NCBI GenBank assembly: GCA_965226495.1
Contig: OZ245365.1
Span: 4,352,001-4,416,000 of the forward strand
Source of the DNA: Candidatus Marinacidobacterales bacterium
GTDB taxonomy: Bacteria; Acidobacteriota; Vicinamibacteria; Marinacidobacterales; DATDRI01
Direction of reading: 5' to 3'
Length of the DNA stretch: 64,000 nucleotides
Shown: one piece after another, positions 27,809-37,656 of the stretch
Numbering within the stretch: position 1 is the stretch's first letter
How the letters are laid out: each line of letters starts with the position of its first letter
Translations under genes and position numbers: made by a program
The notes under the pieces: generated by a model
Seen by the model: only the letters and a program-made list of their open reading frames with translations
Databases searched by the model: none
Told to the model about the DNA's origin: nothing

Positions 27809-29395
27809 TTAACTCAAAGTCGCGGCGATCTTCGGCGCCGACCGCAGGGTCAGTGCAACGAAGGTGAGTGTACCGTTGGTGCAACCGCCGGTAGGCATGG
27901 TGGGTGACCCCACCACGAACAGGTTCTCGTGATCGTGAGTGCGCCCGTAGCTATCGCACACGCTCTTGGCGGGATCGTTTCCCATCCGACAGCCGCCGCC
28001 GGGATGATCCAGCAACATCCCTCCCCAATTCTCGGTGAGGACTTTGCCGTTATTGGCGCGCGCCATCTGTTCGAAGACACCGAGGAGATGCTTGCGAACT
28101 CTTCCCTCCCGCTCGACGGTGGCGGTGTCGAACCGCTGTTCGACCTTCGGCATCGGATCGCCGTAGCGGTTACGATTCGATGGATCCAGCGTGAGCCTGC
28201 TTTCGGCGTCGGGATGGACGTCGTAGTAACCGCGAACTCGGGCCGAAGCACGGTTCGTCCGAGCTCGCCAATCTTCCAGCAAATCGTCTCCCAGCAGCAT
28301 CCCACCTTTTCCGTCGCTGAGGCGTGGAGTCCGAGTGTAGTCGGTATCCCAAATCCTGAGGTCGTGCCTCACGTAGGGCTGGTCGGTGGGGCACCGCATG
28401 AACTGCCGCGACACGAGGCTGTTGGTCTCGTTCATCCCCGGGTAGAGCTTAGCGTCCAGCTCGATGTCCGCCCACCCGAAGGCGTGGCCGTTGATGTAGC
28501 GGCCCACCAGGCCGGAGCCATTGGCCACTCCCTCCGGATAACGCGAGTCGGCCGACAGCAGCAGCAGATGAGAGCTCCACGTGTACCCGCTGGCGATGAC
28601 GAAAGCTCCCGCTTCGTACTCGATCGGCTCGTCCGGACGATCCTGATGACGCGCTTCGGCTTTAACGATTCGAGAACCGGTATCGTGCAGGACGAGCTTT
28701 CGCACCAGCGTTCGATCGTGGAGCTCGATCTTCTTGGCGTCCAGAAGTTTCATATAGGTGAAGTCCGGAGAGTACTTGGCACCGGTCGGGCAGATGTTGC
28801 AAGTGGCGCAACGTTTGCAAATGGCGCGACCGTCGTAGGGAACGGTGTTCTTGGCGACCGGCGTGCCCCAGAAGTCGATGTCGCTCTTCTTCGCCCATGC
28901 TTGGAGCTGCTTCAAGTTGTAGGTGAGCTCCATGGGGGGCATCGGATAGGGCTCGGAGCGCTTGTCCTCGGGGAAGGGCCCCGCCTCACCGGCGACGCCC
29001 ATGCGACGCTCGGCCTCACAATAGAATCTCTCGAGCTCTTCGTAGGATAGGGGCCAGTCATCGGCCAGATTGTAGAGAGAGCTCAGCCTCAGATCTTCTT
29101 CAGAAAAACGATTCGTGGTGCCGCCCCAATGAAGCGCCAGGCCTCCTACCGCCATGGTTCGAAAGAGTACGCCTTCTCCCTTTTGGTCTTCGACATGGTC
29201 CCCGGGCCAGGGGTTTTCCCCGTACTCGAGGAATCGCTGCCGGTAACGCATCCGATTCTCGAAATCGAAGAGACGATTTCCTGCCTCGACGACTGTAATG
29301 CTCGCGCCGGGAGCGAGCTCAGTGAGCTTCTCAGCGAGGAGCGCGGCGGAAATTCCTCCACCGATGATGCAGATGTCACTGTCGAAGCGGGTCAT
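27809..29395 (-). CDS. GMC family FAD oxidoreductase, large subunit
   Basis: DICIIGGGISA, VGGLALHWGG, CKRCATCNIC Cys cluster, HPGGGCRMG.DP..SVCD, NGTLTFVAL. Confidence 0.9.
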   Translation of the reverse strand: MTRFDSDICIIGGGISAALLAEKLTELAPGASITVVEAGNRLFDFENRMRYRQRFLEYGENPWPGDHVEDQKGEGVLFRTMAVGGLALHWGGTTNRFSEEDLRLSSLYNLADDWPLSYEELERFYCEAERRMGVAGEAGPFPEDKRSEPYPMPPMELTYNLKQLQAWAKKSDIDFWGTPVAKNTVPYDGRAICKRCATCNICPTGAKYSPDFTYMKLLDAKKIELHDRTLVRKLVLHDTGSRIVKAEARHQDRPDEPIEYEAGAFVIASGYTWSSHLLLLSADSRYPEGVANGSGLVGRYINGHAFGWADIELDAKLYPGMNETNSLVSRQFMRCPTDQPYVRHDLRIWDTDYTRTPRLSDGKGGMLLGDDLLEDWRARTNRASARVRGYYDVHPDAESRLTLDPSNRNRYGDPMPKVEQRFDTATVEREGRVRKHLLGVFEQMARANNGKVLTENWGGMLLDHPGGGCRMGNDPAKSVCDSYGRTHDHENLFVVGSPTMPTGGCTNGTLTFVALTLRSAPKIAATLS

Positions 29396-29396
29396 T

Positions 29397-29539
29397 CTAG
29401 TGCCTCAGTGCGCGCTCAGTCGTAGGTCGCGGCCGCAGGGCCCCACCCCCACGGCTCGTCCCTTCGCCGCCAAGCGGCTGCGGGACAGCTGATGGCTCTG
29501 TTCGCGCAGGGTGCAGTGAATTCGTCAGCACCCTGCTAG
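29397..29539. mobile_element. MITE/REP-like insertion bounded by CTAG
   Basis: CTAG at 29397-29400 and 29536-29539; hairpin GCAGGGTGC...GCACCCTGC. Removing the insert restores a tight stop-start junction (GACTAGAATG). Confidence 0.55.
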
Positions 29540-30117
29540 TCTTTCCCCGGAAGCGGTGGCGGTTCGTTTCCCGCGCCGGGAAGCCCTCGACAGGTTTGGC
29601 GTCCGATGTCCGCTCGGTAGCATAGGTCGTTCGCCTCGCTGCCGTTGAAGTAGAAGCTCATGAAATCCGAGACGATGTGACGCCCGTCGGGGCGCGAAGG
29701 TAGATCTTCGATGCCGGCGTCGGCGAGCGTTTCCTGTAGAACCAGCGGAAAAGACTCCGCATCGCGCCCTGCTGCTACTAACTCCCGCAGCTGCACTTCG
29801 TAGATTTCGACCTTGATCTCAGGAGTGAGCGGAGCGTCAGGACGACCGGGTTGGTGGGGCATCTCTGCGCCCGAGGAGTACTCACGCAGCCATCCCAGGA
29901 ACCCGGCGACGACTTGTTTTACTTCGGACTCGCCCAGAGAGCTCGGCAGCGCGCTCGCACCGATGCGCTGGAGTGTGGCCACTTCTCCTTCGTCGAGCTG
30001 AATCGGCCTGACGAGAGGCCGCGCCCAACCGAACCGCCCCAGAAGAGAGGAGACCGGCAAGAGCCAGCCGAGCCAATTTAAGACGGTTCGTCGCGTCATT
30101 CGCGGTGGGTTCAGCAT
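29536..30117 (-). CDS. Tat-signal small partner of the GMC oxidoreductase (gluconate 2-dehydrogenase subunit 3-like)
   Basis: MTRRTVL twin-arginine leader; position directly upstream of the GMC gene; FYFNGSEANDLCY. Confidence 0.6.
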   Translation of the reverse strand: MLNPPRMTRRTVLNWLGWLLPVSSLLGRFGWARPLVRPIQLDEGEVATLQRIGASALPSSLGESEVKQVVAGFLGWLREYSSGAEMPHQPGRPDAPLTPEIKVEIYEVQLRELVAAGRDAESFPLVLQETLADAGIEDLPSRPDGRHIVSDFMSFYFNGSEANDLCYRADIGRQTCRGLPGAGNEPPPLPGKD

Positions 30118-30206
30118 CGCCGGGAGCCTCGCAGCCCAGGATTAAGACCCTCTTCTTATCACACTTACCGTCGTTGTATACTGTCCACCCGCGCCAACGG
30201 GGTTGC

Positions 30207-30235
30207 TTGACATCCTCCCCGCAGCTGGGTAGGTT
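30207..30235 (+). promoter_or_regulatory. Probable sigma70 promoter
   Basis: TTGACA-17 nt-TAGGTT, upstream of the AGGAGG RBS of the 30296 gene. Confidence 0.55.
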
Positions 30236-30295
30236 CGCGGGAACGATCGGTCTCGGCCGATCTGGCTGATAGCCCCGAGAGCTAGGAGGTTCGCC

Positions 30296-31174
30296 ATGGC
30301 TCAAACGCTAACCCGGATCAAGGTGGCTCCCACCGGTATGCGCCTCAACGAGTGGGTCGCTATGGAGGAAGGTTTTTACGCGGACGCCGGCTTCGAAGTC
30401 GAAATGCAGTGGGAACAACTCAAGGCCGAGCAGGGCTCGTGGGACACATATAAAGAGCGGCCGCAGGACCTGCCGTTCCTGAAAGGGACCGCGGAGATCA
30501 CGTCTGCCTGCGCCTGGGGTAGCGTCTGCAACGCCGGCGCCGGCATGGGGAAGTTCATTCCGGACGTGTACGGCATCTCGCCCTGGGCAATCTACGTGCG
30601 CCCCGATTCCAAAATCCAAAAGCCTGAAGACTTGAGGGATGTTCCGATCGCCGTCGGCTCACGAGCCGGCAGCCACTTTAGTGTGCCGCTCAACCTCGAG
30701 CCGATCATGCCACTAGAGAACATCAAGACGGTCGGCTTGGGCGGTTTCGGGGTCCGCCTGAAGGCGCTCGAGAATGGAGACTTCGAGGCGGTGAGCCTGC
30801 TCCCGCCGCAGGTCGACATGGCGCAGCAGCTCGGCTTTCGAAAGATCATCGACGGAGAGTTGAAGACCCTGTGGTGGGTGGACTCTCACACGGATCCTCA
30901 AATGCTCCGTCGTTACTTCGAAGTCCTCGAGCGAGCCGAAAAGGCGATCCAAGCCGACACAGCTCGTTACTTGCCTCTCTGGAAGTACAGCAACTCGGAA
31001 CAGTACAAAGACCATGCGTGGAATTACAGTTCTTTCGGACGCGGTGAGCGCTTCGTCCACTCTGCTCTGCCACGAAAGGACTTCGACGACATCATGGCGC
31101 AAGTCACTCGCTGGGGCCTCGACGATCATATAGAGGAGAGGGCCTTCGACAAGATCACTTTGGCCGTCAAGTGA
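30296..31174 (+). CDS. SsuA/THI5-like substrate-binding-fold protein without signal peptide
   Basis: WVAMEEGFYADAGFEVE, VRPDSKIQKPEDLRDVPIAVG, ALENGDFEAV; no hydrophobic N-terminus. Confidence 0.8.
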   Translation: MAQTLTRIKVAPTGMRLNEWVAMEEGFYADAGFEVEMQWEQLKAEQGSWDTYKERPQDLPFLKGTAEITSACAWGSVCNAGAGMGKFIPDVYGISPWAIYVRPDSKIQKPEDLRDVPIAVGSRAGSHFSVPLNLEPIMPLENIKTVGLGGFGVRLKALENGDFEAVSLLPPQVDMAQQLGFRKIIDGELKTLWWVDSHTDPQMLRRYFEVLERAEKAIQADTARYLPLWKYSNSEQYKDHAWNYSSFGRGERFVHSALPRKDFDDIMAQVTRWGLDDHIEERAFDKITLAVK

Positions 31175-31193
31175 AGGGGCGGTCTTTCGACAG

Positions 31194-31219
31194 GCGTGCC
31201 TCCCTTTGGGAGGGCACGC
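31194..31219 (+). terminator. GC-rich intergenic hairpin (terminator or mRNA stabiliser)
   Basis: GCGTGCCTCCC-TTT-GGGAGGGCACGC; weak U tract. Confidence 0.5.
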
Positions 31220-31235
31220 TCTCTATTGACGACTG

Positions 31236-33299
31236 ATGACCGACCCCATCGTTTCGCTCATAGCACCTCGCCGAGTCGCGGTCTTCGGTGGGTCGAACGA
31301 TCCTCGCAAGCTCGGTAATTTCCTCCTAGAGAATCTGAAGCGTTACGGATACGAGGGGGACATCCTACCGGTCCACCCTCGCGAGAAGCAGGTTGCGGGG
31401 CTCAAGGCCTACCCGTCCCTGGACAAGCTGCCCCAAGATCCCGACGTCGCACTCATTTGCCTTCCCGCGAGCGCGGTACGCGAGGTGGTGACGAGTTGTG
31501 CCGAAGTCGGCATTCGATCCGCTATCGTCTACGCCTGCGGCTTCGGGGAGGGAGATCAACACGACGAGACCGAGAAAGAAGAACTGCGCAAGCTCGCCCA
31601 GGAAAAGGGCATACGGATCTTGGGTCCTAATTGTATGGGGGCCTACAACGTCGCCGGGCGCTTCAACGCCACCTTCTTCAAGGACCTTCCCACCGAGCCG
31701 GGTGAGGTAGGTTTTATTTCTCAAGCCGGATCCGTGGGCGGGATCCTGTTTCATGGCTTGAAGGATCTGGGCGTAGGGCTGTCCAAATACTTCGCCACTG
31801 GCAACATGGTCGATATCGACCAGACCGATCTGCTGCTACATCTGGCGCACGATCCACAAACGCGAGTGATCGCGCTCTACCTCGAGACGATGCAGAACCC
31901 GGCTCGATTTCTCAAAGAGGCGGCCAAGGTGGCGCTCGACAAGCCGACGGTGGTCTTCAAATCGGGGACCACGGCCGCAGGGGCGCGCGCCGCCCTATCT
32001 CACACCGGGAACCTCGCTGGGGAAAACGAGCTCGTATCGGCCGCCCTAGCGCGCCTGGGCATCCTCCAGACAAGCACCACCGAGGAGTTTTTGGACGCCA
32101 TCAAGGCCCTCAGCACGTCCTCCGCTCGCCTTCCAAAGAGCCGCCGGCTCGCGATAATGACGATATCAGGTGGCGCAAGCGTCGTGGCGAGCGACGCCTG
32201 TGAATCTCATGCCCTAGAGCTCCCTGAGCCAACCGAGGAGACGCGGGAGAAACTGCGTCAACTCGTCCCCGCCTTTGGATCGACGCAGAACCCGGTCGAC
32301 ATGACGGCACAGATCCCGGTCGCGAATTACGCGCCGGTAGTAGCAGCAACGATGAGCGACCCCAGGATCGACGGATGCATCGCGATGAACGTGAACCTCG
32401 ATCTCCCCGAGTTCGGAGACGCCTTTGCTCAAGCAGCAGACGCGGGGGCACCGGTCATCGCTTTCGTTCTCAAAACGCCCACGATACTGGGCCGATTCCA
32501 AGAGGCGGGCATTCCGAATTTCCCTACCCCAGAGCGCGCGGTGAGCGCCTATGCGTCACTCGTTCGCTTCGGGGAGATCCAGGCGCGCGCGACGGCCCGG
32601 CGAGCCAAAACCGGACCCAGCATCCCCGATCCCCGCCTCGCGTCTATCCCCACCTCTGGCGGCACAATCGACGAAGTCATGACCAAGAAAGTGCTGGCGG
32701 ACTGCGGCATCGAAGTCGTGCGCGAGGAAGCGGTCGCTATTTCAGGCGACACCGAGAGCGTCGCGGAGAGCCTCGGTTATCCCGTGGCGATCAAGATCCT
32801 CGACCCCACCGTCGGCCACAAGACCGAGGCGGGCGGCGTCCTCTTGGGGATTGCCAACAAGAAACAGCTCGACGATGCGGTGCAGAATTTGAGGAAACGT
32901 TTCGGAAAAGAAGCCCGGCTCGTCATTCAAAAGATGGCATCGCCCGGGATGGAGTGGATTTTGGGAATCAAACGCGCCGCCGGATACCCTCCGGCTGTCG
33001 TTTGTGGGGCGGGAGGAGTCTTGTCCGAGCTCCTCCGTGACGTCTCGGTTCGTCTTTGCCCTTTGGACGAGTATGACGCGAGAGAGATGATTGCCGACAC
33101 GCGAGCCGGGAGGCTGCTCGACGGATGGCGCGGTAGCAGTCCTTTGGATCGCGACGCGTTGGTCACCACGCTGCTGCGGCTTTCGGAGCTCGCACTGAAC
33201 AATCCGACCCTTCAAGAACTCGATGTCAATCCTTTCATTGTTTCTAAGACCGGCGGCGTGGTAGTTGATGCGCTGGCGGTGGTGCAGGACGCGAGGTAA
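31236..33299 (+). CDS. Acetate/acyl-CoA ligase (ADP-forming) family, fused alpha-beta
   Basis: PRRVAVFGGS, ILGPNCMG, ISQAG, AALSHTGNLAG (phospho-His), NPVDM, HKTEAGGV, ELDVNP. Confidence 0.9.
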   Translation: MTDPIVSLIAPRRVAVFGGSNDPRKLGNFLLENLKRYGYEGDILPVHPREKQVAGLKAYPSLDKLPQDPDVALICLPASAVREVVTSCAEVGIRSAIVYACGFGEGDQHDETEKEELRKLAQEKGIRILGPNCMGAYNVAGRFNATFFKDLPTEPGEVGFISQAGSVGGILFHGLKDLGVGLSKYFATGNMVDIDQTDLLLHLAHDPQTRVIALYLETMQNPARFLKEAAKVALDKPTVVFKSGTTAAGARAALSHTGNLAGENELVSAALARLGILQTSTTEEFLDAIKALSTSSARLPKSRRLAIMTISGGASVVASDACESHALELPEPTEETREKLRQLVPAFGSTQNPVDMTAQIPVANYAPVVAATMSDPRIDGCIAMNVNLDLPEFGDAFAQAADAGAPVIAFVLKTPTILGRFQEAGIPNFPTPERAVSAYASLVRFGEIQARATARRAKTGPSIPDPRLASIPTSGGTIDEVMTKKVLADCGIEVVREEAVAISGDTESVAESLGYPVAIKILDPTVGHKTEAGGVLLGIANKKQLDDAVQNLRKRFGKEARLVIQKMASPGMEWILGIKRAAGYPPAVVCGAGGVLSELLRDVSVRLCPLDEYDAREMIADTRAGRLLDGWRGSSPLDRDALVTTLLRLSELALNNPTLQELDVNPFIVSKTGGVVVDALAVVQDAR

Positions 33300-33304
33300 T
33301 AACT

Positions 33305-35245
33305 ATGTCTGTGATGAGCTGGGACGAATTTTCACTCGACGAACCCATATCTTTGGGCCGGCAGCCGAAAGATCTCCCGAGGCTGAAACGACCCGACCTA
33401 GTGCTCGATCAAATTACGGGTTACAAGATCTATCGCAACATCTTTTCGATCTGTGAGCAGATGGACGCCACCGTCAAGGCCTGCGCCTATTCTCCGATCG
33501 TGGCGATCGGCAAGGATTACTCTTGTGCGGTCTTCACTCCGGATGCGCGCCTGATCGCTCAAGCGGCCAACAATGCCGTTCACTTGGCCTCGATGCATTT
33601 TGCGGTAGAGGCGAGCGTGCGAGAGGTCGGGGTCGAGACCCTGAGCCCTGGGGATGTGATCGCGGTCAACGATCCCTATCGCGGCGGGAGTCACTTGCCC
33701 GATCTCACGGTTACCCGTCCGGTGTTTTATAAAGACAAATTGGTCATGTTCGCCGCCAGTCGAACCCATCACGGCGATACCGGCGGGGCCACGCCTGGCA
33801 GTTTTCCGATCAGCGATTCCAACTTTGCGGAAGGGCTTCGCATCCCCCCCGTCAAGTGGTACGACGCCGGGAAACTGAACGCGGACCTGAGTAAGCTCAT
33901 CCTGAATAACGTGAGAGTGCCGACAGAGTACTGGGGTGACTTCGAAGCGCAGGTTGCCGCTGCCAAGGTCGCGGAACGCAGAATTCTCGCCCTGATCAAT
34001 CGACACGGAGTCGATGCCGTGATCGCTTCGGTCCTGGACTACATGGATTACACGGAGCGAGGCTTGCGAGCCGAGTTGTCCCAAATCCCCGACGGTAGCT
34101 ATACCGCGGAAGATTTCATCGATGGAGATGGCATCAACACCACCAAGTACCGGATTCAAGTGAAAGTAACGATCGACGGAGATAACGCGTACTGTGATTT
34201 CACCGGCACCGATCCCCAGGCGGAGGGGCCGATCAATGCGGTTTTCGGCGTCACGGCGTCCTCCGTCGTCAACGCTTTTTTGCACGTCACCGATCCCGAG
34301 TTGATGCCCAACCACGGGTTCTACCGGCCTCTTCACATCAAGGCACCACAAGGAACCATCGTGAATCCTAGGTTCCCGGCTCCCGTGGTCATGGGCAACA
34401 TCGACACCGCGATGCGTATCGTCGAGGTCATTTGGCAGGCCCTGGTTCCGATCATTCCGGAGCGCATCGTGGGGTGCCCGACCGGCGTCGGCAACAACAT
34501 GCATGGCGGAGGTTTCGATCCTCGTAGCAAGAAAGCCGAGCCCTATGTTTGGAACTTCTGGCCGCAGGGCGGATACGGAGGGCGCGCCACCAAAGATGGA
34601 TGGCATGCCACGATTGGTGAAGTCGGCAACGACTTGGATTTCCCGGCGGAGGTTTGGGAGTTCCGATATCCGTGGCTCATCGAGAAATACTCGCTTTCCA
34701 ACGGTTCCTGTGGCCATGGGAAGTATCGCGGCGGCTGTGGAACGACGTGGCGATTGAAGGCCATCGGACACAATTCCGTCGTCGGGGTCACCGGCGATCG
34801 AGCTCGCACACCCGCTTGGGGAGTTTTCGGCGGATGGCCGGGCAACACCCTCAAGTTTCTCGTGCACCGCAAAGACGGCACTATCGAGGAACCGGCACCC
34901 GAAACGGTAAAGGTCTCCGGCATCAAGATTAGTGACGGGGATTCCGTCGAATCAATCGTTCATGGTGCGGGGGGATACGGTCCGCCCTTCGAGCGAGATC
35001 CTGAGGCCGTGCGGCGCGACGTGCAGGATGAGCTCTTCGAGTTCGAAATCGCGGCCACGGTCTACGGCGTCGTTCTCGATCCGGAAAGCTTGAAGATCGA
35101 CATGGACGCGACCAAGGCGCTGCGCGATCGCATCAGGTCGTCCTACTCGGCGAAGTACGAACAACATCCCGTGATCGTCCGCGAGCCTACCTACGGCGAC
35201 GCGACGAAGCTCGCCGGGGAGAAAAGACGGGAAGGCCAACAGTGA
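33305..35245 (+). CDS. Hydantoinase B/oxoprolinase family protein
   Basis: DYSCAVF, NDPYRGGSHLPD, RTHHGDTGG, EGLRIPPVK, GAGGYGPPFERDPE. Confidence 0.92.
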   Translation: MSVMSWDEFSLDEPISLGRQPKDLPRLKRPDLVLDQITGYKIYRNIFSICEQMDATVKACAYSPIVAIGKDYSCAVFTPDARLIAQAANNAVHLASMHFAVEASVREVGVETLSPGDVIAVNDPYRGGSHLPDLTVTRPVFYKDKLVMFAASRTHHGDTGGATPGSFPISDSNFAEGLRIPPVKWYDAGKLNADLSKLILNNVRVPTEYWGDFEAQVAAAKVAERRILALINRHGVDAVIASVLDYMDYTERGLRAELSQIPDGSYTAEDFIDGDGINTTKYRIQVKVTIDGDNAYCDFTGTDPQAEGPINAVFGVTASSVVNAFLHVTDPELMPNHGFYRPLHIKAPQGTIVNPRFPAPVVMGNIDTAMRIVEVIWQALVPIIPERIVGCPTGVGNNMHGGGFDPRSKKAEPYVWNFWPQGGYGGRATKDGWHATIGEVGNDLDFPAEVWEFRYPWLIEKYSLSNGSCGHGKYRGGCGTTWRLKAIGHNSVVGVTGDRARTPAWGVFGGWPGNTLKFLVHRKDGTIEEPAPETVKVSGIKISDGDSVESIVHGAGGYGPPFERDPEAVRRDVQDELFEFEIAATVYGVVLDPESLKIDMDATKALRDRIRSSYSAKYEQHPVIVREPTYGDATKLAGEKRREGQQ

Positions 35246-37317
35246 AGCAATTAGGGGTCGACGTCGGCGGAACTTTCACAGATGCCGTTTTGTGGGATAG
35301 CAAGACCGGGGAGATCCGCACCTCGAAAGCTGCCACTACACCTCATGACGTCAGCGAAGGCGTGGTGACCGCTATCGACGAGCTCACCACCGCCTACGAC
35401 GAAATAGACGTCATCGTCCACGGGACGACAGTGGGCATCAACACCATGCTTCAGAAGAAGTTACCCAAGGTGGGGATGCTCGTCACCAAAGGCTTCCGGG
35501 ATCTCTTGGACATCCAGAGAATCTACAAGCATTGGGGGAAAACGTACTGGTCCTCTCCTTATGACCTGCAGAGCGACAAGCCAGATCCGATCGTCCGGCG
35601 CTATTTGAGAGGTGAAGTCGATGAACGGGTCACGTACCCCGGCACGGTGATCAAAGAGATTGACGAAGACAACGTACGCGAGGCGTCAAGCGCTCTATTG
35701 AAAGAAGAAGGCCTCACCGGTATCGCGGTGGTCTATCTCTGGTCGTTCCTGCACCCGGATCACGAGCTCAAGACGAGGAAGGTGCTACGCGACGCAGGGT
35801 ACGAGGGCAACATCGCGCTTTCTCACGAGGTCGCACCGATTTTCCACGAGTTCGAGCGCATGGTCACGACGGTCATCAATGCCAGTCTCATGGAAGTGAT
35901 TGGGCGTTACCTGGTAAACCTGGAGAAACAGCTGAAGGATCGAAAATTCAGCGGGCGGTTGGCGATCATGCAGTCCAGCGGTGGGCTCATGGACGTCGAG
36001 ATGACTAAGAAGCGACCCATATACACGCTGATATCGGGGCCCGCCGGCGGCGTCATCGCGGGCCAAGCCATCGCCGACTTGTGTCGGAGCGGTGACGTGA
36101 TCACTGCGGACGTGGGAGGCACCACCTTCGACGTGTCGGTGATCCAAAATGGCAAGGTCGAGACGGTCCTCGAGAAAAACTTTCTCGAGTATCCGATACG
36201 GATTCCTTTCGTGAATATCCACTCCATCGGGGCGGGCGGAGGCAGCATCGTCTGGATCGACAAGGGGAAGGCGCTCCGAGTCGGCCCGGAAAGCGCCGGG
36301 GCGGACCCGGGACCCGCTTGTTACGGGAAGAGCGAGCTACCCACCATCACCGACTGCAATCTCATTCTGGGTCGTTTGGATAGCGAGACCTTCTTCGGTG
36401 GACGCCAAAAACTGGACATTGACCAGGCCCGACGTGCCATGGAACCCCTGGCCAAGCAGCTGGGGCTGAGCGTCGAGGATGCTGCGGAGTTCGCGATTCA
36501 GGTGGTCAACACCAACATGGCGGCAGCCATCTCCATGATGACCGTCGAGCGAGGCGTCGATCCTGAAGAATTCTCGATCATTGCTTTTGGAGGCGGTGGA
36601 GGGTTGCACCTCGTCGACATCGGCCTGGAGATGGGCGCGCGTTCCGTCATCATGCCCGAGCTCGCCCCCAACATGTCCGCTCTCGGGTTGGCGGTCACGA
36701 GCTACCGCCATGTCGCCTCGTTCACCAAACTCCAAACCATTCAATCCGTTCCGGTCGAGGAGATCGAAGCTGCGTTCCGTCAGTTGGAAGAAGAGGCCAC
36801 TCGAGTCCTGCAAGACTATGGCGTGAAACCGGAGCACATCGAGCTCCATCGTATCGCCGACATGCGTTATCACAAAGAGGAATGGAACACGCAGGTCGAT
36901 GTGCCTCGGCCCATCCCGTCCATTGAGGCTCTGGCGAACTTGTTCAACTCCATCAAGTCCGACGTGTATGCGACCGAAAGAACCATCGAAGAGCCGATCG
37001 ACGCGGTCAACTATCACGTCGTGGGTACCGGTCACCCGGCCGAACGAGAGTTCGACTGGACGGCACTCGGCAGGGACGGTTCCAAATCTAAGAGTCAGCG
37101 ACCGCTCAAGACCACCAAAATGTTTATGAGCGCGAAGTGGGAAGAATCGTCAGTGTATGATCGTGGCAGCCTCGCAACGGGCCAGAAGATCGCCGGCCCC
37201 GCACTCATCGAAGGCGACGCCCAGACCGTTTTCCTCCCCAAGAACTATTCAGCGGAGGTAGACTCTTGGGGCAATTTGGTCATTGATTTAAGAGCAATCA
37301 CAGGAGATAAGGCATGA
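35242..37317 (+). CDS. Hydantoinase A/oxoprolinase family protein
   Basis: GVDVGGTFTD, HGTTVGIN, SGPAGG, DVGGTTFD, SIGAGGGS, GPESAGADPGPACYG. Confidence 0.93.
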   Translation: MKQLGVDVGGTFTDAVLWDSKTGEIRTSKAATTPHDVSEGVVTAIDELTTAYDEIDVIVHGTTVGINTMLQKKLPKVGMLVTKGFRDLLDIQRIYKHWGKTYWSSPYDLQSDKPDPIVRRYLRGEVDERVTYPGTVIKEIDEDNVREASSALLKEEGLTGIAVVYLWSFLHPDHELKTRKVLRDAGYEGNIALSHEVAPIFHEFERMVTTVINASLMEVIGRYLVNLEKQLKDRKFSGRLAIMQSSGGLMDVEMTKKRPIYTLISGPAGGVIAGQAIADLCRSGDVITADVGGTTFDVSVIQNGKVETVLEKNFLEYPIRIPFVNIHSIGAGGGSIVWIDKGKALRVGPESAGADPGPACYGKSELPTITDCNLILGRLDSETFFGGRQKLDIDQARRAMEPLAKQLGLSVEDAAEFAIQVVNTNMAAAISMMTVERGVDPEEFSIIAFGGGGGLHLVDIGLEMGARSVIMPELAPNMSALGLAVTSYRHVASFTKLQTIQSVPVEEIEAAFRQLEEEATRVLQDYGVKPEHIELHRIADMRYHKEEWNTQVDVPRPIPSIEALANLFNSIKSDVYATERTIEEPIDAVNYHVVGTGHPAEREFDWTALGRDGSKSKSQRPLKTTKMFMSAKWEESSVYDRGSLATGQKIAGPALIEGDAQTVFLPKNYSAEVDSWGNLVIDLRAITGDKA

Positions 37318-37652
37318 TCCGAGTCATGTTCTGCGGCGGAACGCTACCGCCGTTTTTCGAAGCCCCTGCGGAAGAACGGAAACAAGTGTTCGAGATGTGT
37401 AAGCAAGTCTTCGGTGGATGGAAGGACCGTTACGGGATCGAGGTGCTCGCCACGTTGGATGACGACCAAATCCAAATTGGCCCGACGACCGGTCACCCGT
37501 GGACCTTCTATATCCTCTGTGACGTGCCCGAGTACGAGGCCGTGCCCAAGGTCGTGGATCAGTTACGTCACGGTGACCCTCCGCTTTTCAAGTACATCAA
37601 GCTCGAAGCAAGAATGGGTCGGCCGCTCGAGGTCATAGGATTGAACAAATGA
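37314..37652 (+). CDS. IacB-like small protein
   Basis: RVMFC...FFEAP.EE..QV, LATLDDDQIQIGP..GHPWTFYILCDVP, KYIKLEARMGR resemble IacB of indole-3-acetate catabolism (recalled similarity, not searched). Confidence 0.7.
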   Translation: MIRVMFCGGTLPPFFEAPAEERKQVFEMCKQVFGGWKDRYGIEVLATLDDDQIQIGPTTGHPWTFYILCDVPEYEAVPKVVDQLRHGDPPLFKYIKLEARMGRPLEVIGLNK

Positions 37653-37656
37653 TGAA

